Source of the DNA: Camelus dromedarius
Lineage: Eukaryota
Length of the DNA: 64,000 nt
Reading direction: 5' to 3'
Assembly (NCBI RefSeq): GCF_036321535.1
Contig: NC_087437.1
Coordinates: 57,352,001 to 57,416,000 of the forward strand
The notes under the pieces were generated by a model that saw nothing but the letters and a program-made list of their open reading frames with translations, had not been told where the DNA came from and did not search any database. How positions within the stretch are numbered: the stretch's first letter is position 1; every line of letters starts with the position of its first letter. Below, in pieces: positions 1 through 10,115 of this stretch. The position numbers were made by a program, and so were the translations under genes.

Positions 1-196
1 ACATGAAGTCAGAGAGTATTCATATTTGTAGAGTTGGAATGTAGACCAGTTAACCAGGGGCTGAGGGGAGGAAGCATGGAGAAAGATGAGTTAGTGTTTA
101 GTGGATATGACACAGAGTTTCAGTTTGGGATGACAAGAAGTGGCTGGTGAGTTTGCACAACTCTGTGAATATGCTTAATGGCACTGAAGCATATAC
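1..196 (+). mobile_element. Ancient L1 (L1MB-like) 3' UTR fragment
   Basis: AGAGTTTCAGTTTGGGATGA...TTGCACAACTCTGTGAATATGCTTAATGGCACTGAA matches the recalled L1MB-type 3' terminus. Confidence 0.7.
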
Positions 197-597
197 TTTT
201 TTTTTTTACGGCACCAAAAAACATATTTAAGAAAGTAAAAAACTCACAGCCCTGCCCCTCACACATACACATCTCCCCAAAAGCCACGCAACCTAATCTG
301 AAAGAGAAAACAAATCAAATGTAAAACTCTCACACAAAAGAAGTCTTTGAATTAGGATTTACTAATGTATATAGTCTTTTCTATGAAAAAACAAAACAAA
401 CAAGAAACCAAGAGAGTAAAGATAAACTTCAACATGAAGCCTTGGGAGAATTTTAAAAATGTATTGTCTCCTTACAAACTAACAGAAACCAAAACACTGA
501 TCAGTGCTTTTCATGTATTTTGAGTGGGAAGCCTTAAATTTAATTGGTATTTGCTAATAAAACAGCACTCAATGGCAAACAAAATCCTTTAGTAGCC

Positions 598-1592
598 AAA
601 TAAGAAAAAAAACAAACAACCCAATCCAAAAAAACAAACAACCCAATCCAAAAATGGGCAGAAGACCTAAACAAGCAATTCTCCAAGGAAGAAACACAAA
701 TGATCAATAGGCACATGAAAAAATGCTCAATATCACTAATTATCAGAGAAATGCAAATCAAACCTACAATGAAGTAGCACCTCACACCAGTCAGAATGGC
801 CATCATTCAAAAGTCCACAAACAATAAATGCTGGAGAGGCTGTGGAGAAAAGGGAACCCTCCTACACTGCTGGTGGGAATGCAGTTTGGTGCAGCCAGTG
901 TGGAAAACAGTATGGAGATTATTCAAAAGACTAGGAATAGACTTACCACATGACCCAGGAATCCTGCTCCTGGGCATATATCCAGAAGGAACCCTACTTC
1001 ACGATGACACCTGCACCCCAATGTTCATAGCAGTACTATTTACAACAGCCAAGACATGGAAACAGCCTAAATGTCCATCAACAGATGACTGGACAAAGAA
1101 GATGTGGTATATTTATACAATGGAATACTGTTCAGCCATAAAAAAGACAACATAACACCATTTGCAGCAACATGGATATTCCTGGAGAATGTCATTCTAC
1201 GTGAAGTAAGCCAGAAAGAGAAAGAAAAATACCATATGAGATCGTTCATATGTGGAATCTTAAAAAAAAAAAGAAAAGAACATAAAGACAAAACAGAAAC
1301 AGATTCATAGAGATAGAATACAAACTTGTGGTTGCCAAGGGGGCAGGGGGTGGGAAGGGACAGAGTGGGAGTTCAAAATTTGTAGATACTGACAGGCATG
1401 TGCAGAATAGATAAACAGGATTATACTGTATAGCACATGAAAATATATACAAGATCTTGTGGTAGCTCACAGCAAAAAAAAAATGTGACAATGAATATAT
1501 GTATGTTCATGTATAACTGAAAAATTGTGCTCTACACTGGAATTTGACACAGCATTGTAAAATGACTATAACTAAATAAAAAAGTTGAAAAA
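598..1592 (+). mobile_element. Young 5'-truncated camelid-type L1: ORF2 C-terminus, 3' UTR and A-rich tail; inactive
   Basis: ORF 796-1155 encodes the ORF2 CCHC knuckle ([19 protein letters not shown]) and [14 protein letters not shown]. There is an in-frame TAG at about 775 and a frameshift near 1140, after which PFAATW..LENVIL..VSQKEKEKYHM continues in another frame. G-rich 3' UTR tract, AATAAA and A tail at about 1575-1592. Confidence 0.95.
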
Positions 1593-1794
1593 AGCCTCAT
1601 TCCCAGAGAATAATAATAGTAATTATTATTATTATTATTGCAGTTGATATCAAAAGTCTCGAGCAGATTTGATATTCTGGAGGGCTGTGCCCAGAAAATT
1701 GAGTTTGACCAAATCTGGGCAATGATTATGTAACTTTTGAGGTATGTATTTTTATTATTTTAGCACCCTTTTTCACTCTCAAATATCTCTCTTT

Positions 1795-2100
1795 GTTTTT
1801 TATTTTATCTTATTTTATTTTTGAAGTATAGTTGATTTACAATGTTGTGTTAATTTCTGGTGTACAGCAAAGTGATTCAGTTATACACATATATATTCTT
1901 TGCCATTGTGGTTTATTAGAGGATATTGAATATAATTCCCTGTTCCATACAATAGGACCTTGTTGTTTATCTATTTTCTATATAGTAGTTTGTGTCTGCT
2001 AATCCCAAACTCCTAATTTATTACCCCTCCCTTTAGTAACCATGTATTTGTTTTGTATGTCTGTGAGTCCATTTCTGTTTTGTAAATAAGTTCACTTGTA
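1795..2100 (-). mobile_element. L1 3' UTR fragment (cetartiodactyl/laurasiatherian type)
   Basis: T-rich tail followed by TGAAGTATAGTTGATTTACAATGTTGTGTTAATTTCTGGTGTACAGCAAAGTGATTCAG; reverse-complement homologue of 24690-25053. Confidence 0.9.
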
Positions 2101-2265
2101 TTTAATACTTGATATCAAATATCTCTATTTGGCTAATAGATGGTCATTCTACTATTAGGCAGCTAGAATTTTTCAAGTCCCATATGCTCTTTTTATGTAT
2201 CACATCAATTATCGCATCTTTTATAATTTTCTTTGTGCTATGTGACAAAATAAAATTGGGGGAAC

Positions 2266-2303
2266 TTCTCTGTGTCTCTGTCTCTGTCTCTGTCTCTGTT
2301 CTC
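2266..2303. repeat. (TCTCTG)n microsatellite
   Basis: Direct reading; gives VSVSVSVS/RDRDRD in spurious ORFs. Confidence 0.9.
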
Positions 2304-2741
2304 CAGCTTAAATGATGAAAGCTTGGTCTCTTGCTTTATCTTTGGCCAAACTCCAAAAAGAAAAATATATAGCCCAAAATATCTGAAGGGAAGGTAATGT
2401 TTATCTAGAACTTCAACCATGGACTATGATATGAATTCAAAGCCTTTATTTAACAAATACTTATTTAGCCATCTTAAGCAGGTTCCATGGCAGATGCTAA
2501 CCTTTTATTTGTGTGTGTTGGGGGGGAGGGTGAGTGTGTGTAGCTTATGAAGTAAATGCTGAAGACCATTTCCCAGATAGTTGTACTTTTGGGGATTTTA
2601 TTTAAATTTTGCCTTTGCATTTCCTCATATTATTTTACATGTACTTTTTGAATCATTCAATGTCTAAAAAAGTCTTAATTTGGCATACACACTTGACTAG
2701 TAATATCTATAAAGAAATGTTTAGGTTTAAATCTTATTGTT

Positions 2742-2829
2742 TTATATGTATGTATATACATGACTGGGACATTGTGGCGTACACCAGTAATTGACACACT
2801 GTAACTGACTGTACCTCAATTTTAAAAAA
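2742..2829 (+). mobile_element. Very short L1 3' terminus (camelid-type)
   Basis: ATGACTGGGACATTGTGGCGTACACCAGTAATTGACACACTGTAACTGACTGTACCTCAAT plus A-rich end; homologous to the end of 598-1592. Confidence 0.8.
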
Positions 2830-2859
2830 TCTTATCTTTTCTCTGAACTTTTAGTTCTA

Positions 2860-3480
2860 TTGTCAACTAGGAACTTATGTGCAGATGAGAAATCTGATGC
2901 CATTTGCTTTGCTAATTTATAGATGTACTATTTGGATGTTGTTTCTTTGTTTTTCTCTATAAAAAATGTTAGGTCTTTTTTTAATTAAGGTTATGAAATT
3001 TCACTATATGGAACCGTTTTTGTAATCTTAATCAACAGTGGGTATATTTCTTCTATGGTTTCTGTAGAATCCCCTCTTCCCATTTTCATTAGATGGATTT
3101 TGGGTCTCTCTGTCTCTCATCTTTTCTATCAAAATTTTCATCTTTGAATAATATTCTGAGAGAATTACTTGAATTTTCCTCTAGTTCTGCTATTGATTTT
3201 TTAAAATGTAGCCAAAACAAACTCTTTCTTTTTTCTTAGTGCATCTTTCTAGAGGGAGCATATTTCTTGTATTTTTTATTTTATGGATGAAATATACTTT
3301 TTAAACACTCCCAAAAATTTTAGCAAAATGGACTTTTAGTTATTTTTTTCTTCCATGAATTTTATTCACTTCTCAAGAGCATGCTTTTTTTTTTTATTTT
3401 AGCAATTTTTATTTGTGCTGCTGGCTTTTCTTAAATGCCTATCCAATTTTCCTCCTTTGTTCATTTACATATTTTAAATA
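2860..3480 (-). mobile_element. Highly degraded ancient L1 (L1ME/L1M-like) fragment
   Basis: GATGAGAAATCTGATGCCATT motif and T-rich composition typical of antisense old L1. Confidence 0.4.
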
Positions 3481-4419
3481 AAAGATTGGTTGAATTGCTT
3501 AAGTAGATGGCAAAGAAATTCCTCTTCTTTGTTTATAATCGACCCTCAGTGAGAGTCTTAACTACCAGAACTATAGGTGTTGGTGGAGTAAATGGAATGA
3601 CATACTTCACTTTATAGATGTGTTATGCACACAAGGTGGAACCCGTCCCCTCTGACTCCCAATGCCAGAATAAAAGGATTTTCCTAGTCCATCCTAAGCA
3701 GGTTATCTTCATCTCTTCTCCTGCTTCAGTGAGTAGGCAAATGGCCAAATTAAAAATTAGTGCACCAAGTCTCATTCACATTTCAGTGATGCTGCTATTT
3801 CAGTATAGTGAGTCTTCTTCAGTGAAATGTATAAATTGGAAATTTAAATGATGTCAGATGTACCATTGTCTGAGGGCTTAAAGGAAACTCATAATAAAAA
3901 ATTCTGACTTCTATAAACAAGTTTGGGCACTAGAATAAATATTTTCTTTATTCGTGTAGGTAAATTGTTAGTACGTGGCTGCTTGTGGCAGTAATGAAGG
4001 AAAGAAGGAAGGGGAGAAAAGTATTGCCATGCTATTCTGGCTCCTCAGGAGGGGCCTTCCAGCAGATGGCAGGAGTTTGTAAGGGGATGGCACATCCCTT
4101 TGGCACACGGTACCCAACCTAAAATGTAGACAAGGTAGAACACCTGAAATCTGAATGCTCTCTTCGTGAAGTCCCTTGCCACCAGGAGAAATCTTACGCC
4201 AGATTACTGTCTTAGTCTCAGATTCTTTTTTTTTTCAGTGTGCCTATCGAAAGCTGCAATCTCATTAAATAAAAATATGGTAGGACAATGTGATTACATG
4301 AATATTAAAAATACAAAAGATTCTAGACTCATTTTTTATGATACAATCCCAATAATTCCATAGATTTCTTTAGTGCTTTATGCGATGCATGGGTTTTCAT
4401 TATCTATTAGTTTACTTGT

Positions 4420-4600
4420 GCCTCACAATAGTTCTATAAGTTATAAAAGAATGCTAGTGTCTATTTTGTGCTATTAATAAGGAAAAGAGATAACTAGAGA
4501 AACTAAGTGATTTGGCCAAACGTTACAGAAACAGGGAGTGTTGAAGTCATAACTGAAACCCAGTTCTGTAAAATCTCAGTTCAACGTTCTTCTTTCAACG
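4420..4600 (-). mobile_element. MIR SINE
   Basis: Degenerate MIR core: AAGGAAAAGAG...AAGTGATTTGGCCAAACGTTACA...TGAAACCCAGTTCTGT. Confidence 0.6.
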
Positions 4601-5734
4601 ACACAGTGAGGAACAGCTGAAAAAGCCTCAAAATACATATGGCAACAAGAGTGGAAATAATCAAACACAAGCTGTAAGACTTTTGGTCTCCTTCTCAAAC
4701 CTCTCTGTGGCCACAATAACCCTCAAATCATTTTAACTTCTCTTCTCTTGTCTCACTCGCACACCCCAAAAATGTCCAGCAGCATTTTTCTCTGCCAGCA
4801 TAGAACTAAGACATGCCCAAGATGTAACTGTGATGTATTCAACCCAGGGCTTGTCCCTGAACACCAGGAATCATGACTTTGTCTTTCAGTAAGACAGCAG
4901 GGACCTTCTTTCATCTCACTCTACTGTCCAAAACCTAGAAACTAGTGATAAAGAATAAAAGGACTGACAAAATGTAATCTTTCCTCCTATTTTCCCTCAC
5001 CTCCAACTACAGTTTTCCGATACATTTCAGCCTCTTTGTGGTACATAAAGGTGTAGAAACTTCAGCAAGACATGCAGTAGGAGGAGGAGGAGGAGAGGCA
5101 GGCACTTTTAAGCTTTATGATTTATGCTGGTTTGGCATTTCCCAAACATTCCTTTGGAAATCAAAATACTTACCGCAAAGCCTGTATGTGCCAAAGGCTC
5201 ACGTATCTCTGGGAAAATCAAAGTTACTCATGAAACTTTTTAAATCTGGAGCTTAGCACTTTCGACAAGTCAGTTCAAACCCTGCATTATAATTTCTGAC
5301 CATTTGGAACCGTAGTTGGTTTTAACATTTCTGGATAAATTAAATATTATTCTATAACATGGAAACAGCAAATTGCCATTTCAAAAATTAGTGTTTGGCA
5401 ATCGTATTGGACCTTCATAGAGATTTTTTTTTCATTTTCATTTTTTTCATGTGACAGACTTAATCACAAAGCCCCAGTTCTCAAAAGCATAGAGTGCAGA
5501 CTTGATATATATTTAACCAGGAATACTTTTTTGAACTCAAATTCACTGATGACAGTTTATGCCCATTTCACCTTTCAAGGAAGCCTATCAGAAAAAAATA
5601 ATAAAGTGAAAGCAAGAAAGAGTCAGTGATAACCAAATTAAATTTATAGGAGCTGTCCCAGTTCTTAAGTTATGTTATTTTGTGAAATGAAAGCTATTAT
5701 GGAATTATATAAGGTATTGAGGAAAAAAACTTTA

Positions 5735-5950
5735 AGACAAATCACTTAATTTCAAATTCCTTCTCCAATATTTATGTGATCTTCATAGTTGTTTAAAGCA
5801 CATCTATGTTTTCTATTTTCCTCATCTGAAAAATTGTATTTTAAACTAATTTAATTGTAACCTAAAATACTGATAAGGTTCTTGTAAAAACCAAATAAGA
5901 GAATAGGTGTGAAAGGCTCTTCACTATTGTAAAGGGCCATTTCAATGTGT
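5735..5950 (+). mobile_element. MIR SINE
   Basis: TTTTCCTCATCTGAAAAATTG core and GGTTCTTGTAAAAACCAAATAAGAGAATAGGTGTGAAAG tail. Confidence 0.6.
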
Positions 5951-6949
5951 GGAACATCTATCTGTTAGTCTGAGACCCAAAGCCATGAAGAATTAAACTT
6001 GAGCACCTGGAGAGGGAAGTAATGGAAATTCAGGCTGATGGTTTAAGTCAGGGTGTTCATAGTTAGTAAATATAGTTTGATTTGATAAATGGTAAGTAGT
6101 CCCATGCAGAAAGAAAGTAAAGTCAAATATAACATAGTGGCAGACAAAATGACGAGTAACAAACAAAATGATAAGTTGGTGTCAGATCACGAAGGCCCTC
6201 AGATGCGGTGGTTCTCTTAGCCACCCCCAAACTCGTGTGTGGTTAAGCCTCAGGGTCACTTTCCAAGGCTTGAGCTGCTGCTCCTTCTTTGCAACAGGCC
6301 CAGGAAATCAGACTGGTTTCAGGACGGCTGTTCACATACAGTTCACTCTGTTCTATTCCAGGCTTCCTATATTTGTGTCCCCCTCTCATTCCTGTAACAA
6401 AAATCTATAAGTAAAAGTCTCAGTATAATCTCAAGCAGGCACAAAGATTATGCTTTTTTTTAAATGAGGAAAGTTGCTGAAACATTACCTACTAAATTAA
6501 AATTTGGGTTTGATCAGACTGGAAATAGTGTAGATTATAAATCAATTAACACTATTAAAACTTAGCTGTCTAAGTAACTGCCAAATTATCAAAAGGCAGT
6601 ATGAACATTAACAACATTGATTTTTTTGCACACCAAGTTTCCTATCACTTGCCAAAATAATGTTCTCTTATTACAAGATAAAGTCTCAAGTTTTGGCTTC
6701 TTCATTGCCTTGAATGTCAGTTTAAGAATGGAAGGGGTCATAACTAAATTCCTCTACATCAATAAATGCTGGCACATAATTCAATGTATGATTATGACTA
6801 ATATAAACATCAATATCTTTTTTTCTATTTATTTAGTATATGCCAAATGGCAGGTTTTCTGCTAAAGACTATCATTTTATCTACAATGCAAATCCATGAC
6901 ATTTACATGGTTTTGCATTTATATTACATATATTGCATTATATGACAAT

Positions 6950-7100
6950 AATATAGTTATTACTATCTCTATTTTGGAAATCAAAAAATTGATAGAGATA
7001 AGTAAAAACACCAATATCACATAGCCAATATATGGCAAAACTGTAATTTAAACTGGAGTCTATCTGTCATCTAAGGCTGTGATCTTCCTACTACACTAAA
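6950..7100 (-). mobile_element. MIR SINE
   Basis: CTCTATTTTGGAAAT...ATATCACATAGCCAATATATGGCAAAACTGTAATTTAAACTGGAGTCTATCTG. Confidence 0.55.
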
Positions 7101-7224
7101 TCATCCATACTTTCCCACTGTTCTCATGTCCTTCCTCCATTTATCAAATGAGTATCAACTGTAGATTCTTTGGAAATTTGACCAAAAAATTGAATTTAGC
7201 CAAGTCATCAAAAACCAATAAATG

Positions 7225-7950
7225 AGAAAAATTTCAAGATGCAGGTTTAGAAAGAGAGTTCTTAGACTTGACACCAAAATCACAAACCATAAAAGGAAAA
7301 GTTAATAAATTAGACCTCATTAAAATTAAAAAAAATACTCTTGCTCTGTGAAAAGACTGTGTGAAGAGGATAAAAAGACACCCTATGGAGTGGAAAAAAA
7401 ATATTTGCCAAATATATATCTGACAAGGAATAGTATATAAAACATGTAAGATATTCTCATAACTCAACATTTTATAATAGTAATAAGCCCTGTTAGAAAC
7501 TGGGCGAAAGACGTGAAAAGACATATCACCAAAGAAGCTGTGTAAGCAAATGGAAGGATGTCAAATGAGCTTATGAAAAATGTTCGACATATCACCACAC
7601 GTCTATCAGAAAGGCTGAAATGAAAAACAGTGACAACACCAAATGCTGCTGAGAATGTGGAAAAACTGGATTATTCATACCCTGCTGGTGGGAATAGAAA
7701 ATGTTACAGTCACTCTAGAAAACAGTTTGGCAGTTTCTTTCAAAAATATATAAATATACAACTTACAATTATCAAAACAACCCCAATAATTGAATTCTTG
7801 GACGTTTACCCAGATAAATGAAAACAGATTCACACAAAAACTTGTACACAAAGGTTCACAGCAGCTTTATTTGAAATAGCCAAAACATGGAAACAACACA
7901 GATGCCCTTCAGTAGATAAATGGTTAAATAAACTCCAGTAAATTCAATTA
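7225..7950 (+). mobile_element. Old L1 (L1MC-like) ORF2 3' region fragment
   Basis: Decayed ORF2 C-terminal motifs (TTCTTAGACTTGACACCAAAA; GCTGGTGGGAATAGAAAATG; AAAACATGGAAACAACACAGATGCCCTTCA). Confidence 0.85.
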
Positions 7951-7954
7951 CATG

Positions 7955-9370
7955 GTTAGAGGCTCAGATCTACTGATTCACTGGCCATGGTTAATATTTT
8001 GAACCAATAGCCAGACACATGGAAGAAATAAAATCGGAAGATTATTGGCAGAGAAGATTGGAGAAGAGTTATAAGACAAAGGTCAGAATATTTGTGTCTC
8101 ATGTGAATAGGATTACAAAGATGTGATGATAGTGTTGTGGTTACACTTAGTCCCTTTCTCTGTTTATGCCAGTGTTTGTTAGAAGACCTCCTGAACAAAG
8201 TGGATATGGAGTCAGGGAAAGAAGTTAAACACGAGCTCAACAACACGGACTTCACCTCACAAAGGTGAGGACAATACTGACTGTCCAGTCTGCCGGAATC
8301 AGAGAAAACCTTTAAATCCACAACGGGGATTTAACAGCAGCTAGGAGGGCTAGCAAGCTGCTGGTGTGAAGTTGGACGTGTTGGACTACTTCCATCATGA
8401 GAGGGGCAGTGATTTGTCCTCACTGAAATAGATACTGGTATTTGCTTTTTCCCTTCCTACCCTCCGTGTTTCCAATGGCAACACTGTGGACTTTATGAGC
8501 TCACTATTACGAGAACACCCATAGCATTGCTTCTGAACACACTTATGGGAAGTAATACAATAAGCTTATGCTCATGAGAATGGCTATCTTACCATGTATC
8601 CAATCATACAGAAGCATCTGGCGTTAGAGAATGTGGAACTGGCCACTGACGACACAATTAGAGCACCAGCTGGAAGACATCACCAAGCAAAGTTAAGGTG
8701 CTTCCTTTCAGAATGTGGTTCACTCATTGAACTAGTGACCACCATGTTTTCTGGCTGTGCCTCCCATGGCCAGAAAATATAGGTACAGAAACTGGAGTGT
8801 TGAAATGGAGGTGGTGTTCATTAATTTTTTTTCTCCTTGATTGTGGGCTAGCTTAGAGATCTTAACACACAAAGAAGATTTTTTTCATTAGGGTCAACAA
8901 TAATGATTTCAATTAATTCCAAGGTGACATAGACAAGTAGACAATGATTATTTCAGGCCTCACTCATCATTGAATGCACAGGCAAAAAAAGGAAGGAAGG
9001 GAGGGAAGAAAGACAGAAAGAAAGAAAAAGAAAAACTGCTGCTAATACAATTAATCCTGGTCATCAAAAGGGGGAAATGTTGGTGCTACACGATGCAGGC
9101 AGGAAGGAATTTGAAACACAAAGGACCCCCTGGAGGACCTCCTTATTTCGTCTATGTTCAGAGATAAAGATGATAGCAGCTCCAAATAATTGGGGACCAT
9201 GAGTTCAAACCTCAAAATAAAGGTTTAGGAAATCTCCCTAGGTAAAATACCCTTCTAGGTAAACATAGTGCTAACTGAGAACAAAGGGACAAGGAAGAGA
9301 ACCATAGGAAGGAAGCTACCTGTGAACATTAAGGACTGTATTGTGACCAGTGACAGAATAGATGACTAGA
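7955..9370 (+). mobile_element. ERV-L (class III) internal region: decayed RNase H, integrase and dUTPase pseudo-ORF
   Basis: Manual translation across stops and frameshifts gives TDS.AMVN..TWK, IFVSHVN (RNase H); AQQHGL, CPVCRNQR, GLLPS*EGQ*FVLTEIDT, HSIASE, SYHVSNHTEASG (integrase); LEIL...MISIN...LNAQAKKG...INP.HQ...LH (dUTPase). Order and motifs match HERV-L/MuERV-L pol. Confidence 0.88.
8986..9034 (+). repeat. Purine-rich (GGAA/GAAA) simple repeat inside the ERV-L dUTPase remnant
   Basis: AAAAAAAGGAAGGAAGGGAGGGAAGAAAGACAGAAAGAAAGAAAAAGAAAAA. Confidence 0.85.
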
Positions 9371-9522
9371 AATTAATCAAACTATTTTTCTGAGTTACAT
9401 GTATATTCATGAATAATGTTATTTCTCCCCCCCCCCATGTATTAATTACAGGAATTTGCATTAGCTTTTTTAACAGATAATCTATAAATTAATTTATAAA
9501 TTAACTCCATGAATTGACACGG

Positions 9523-9570
9523 TTTTTTAATTGAAGCATAGTTGATTTACAATGTTGTGTTAGCTTCAAG
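9523..9570 (-). mobile_element. Tiny L1 3' terminus
   Basis: TTTTTTAATTGAAGCATAGTTGATTTACAATGTTGTGTTAG, same end as 1795-2100. Confidence 0.75.
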
Positions 9571-9749
9571 GATCTGTTCTTTACTTGTTTCATCAGATAC
9601 TTACGTTCTTTGTCAGGCAGCTCTCTTATTTGGTGGCTTTCCTTTAACCAGAGACTCAAGAAATCTATGCTGCTTCTTTCTGCTCCCTCACTTAGTAACT
9701 TTAAAGTTTTCACTATCCTCATCTGACAGATGGGTAAAAAGCAAATGAC

Positions 9750-10115
9750 ACTGGAAGATTGTGCACCTCACAGTTAAATCATTCAGCCTTCACAGACAGT
9801 CACATGTGGGCACAACAGATCTGCTGAGAAGTGTGGAGGCAGCGGATTTGTTTCCTCTTGGTGGCTTTCCAAGAGCTCTGAGCACGATCAGCTATAAACG
9901 TCAATGGTAGAAGTGGTATGTTGTCACCACATTCCTTTGGTGTTCCCTTTGTGTATGTGTTTCCTGGGCATTTGCTCCTAGATAATTAGCATTTCAGCTG
10001 GTCCTTGACCCACACAAGTCTCCTTGTCCTACTTAATGGGTTCCCAATAAATCTCTTCCTGCTAAAATGAGTAGAACGAGGTCTGTTATTTGCAGTTAAG
10101 GTATGTGAATGATTC
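9750..10115 (+). mobile_element. Probable ERVL LTR (LTR33/LTR16-like), candidate 3' LTR of the upstream ERV-L
   Basis: CCCAATAAATCTCTTCCTGCTAAAATGAGTAGAACGAGGTCTGTTATTTGCAGTTAAG resembles the R/U5 end of ERVL LTRs; same orientation as, and just downstream of, the ERV-L internal region. Confidence 0.5.

Noticed and set aside
796..1155. Zinc-knuckle ORF as a host gene
   Set aside because: It is the L1 ORF2 C-terminus of a truncated copy with a stop codon and a frameshift.
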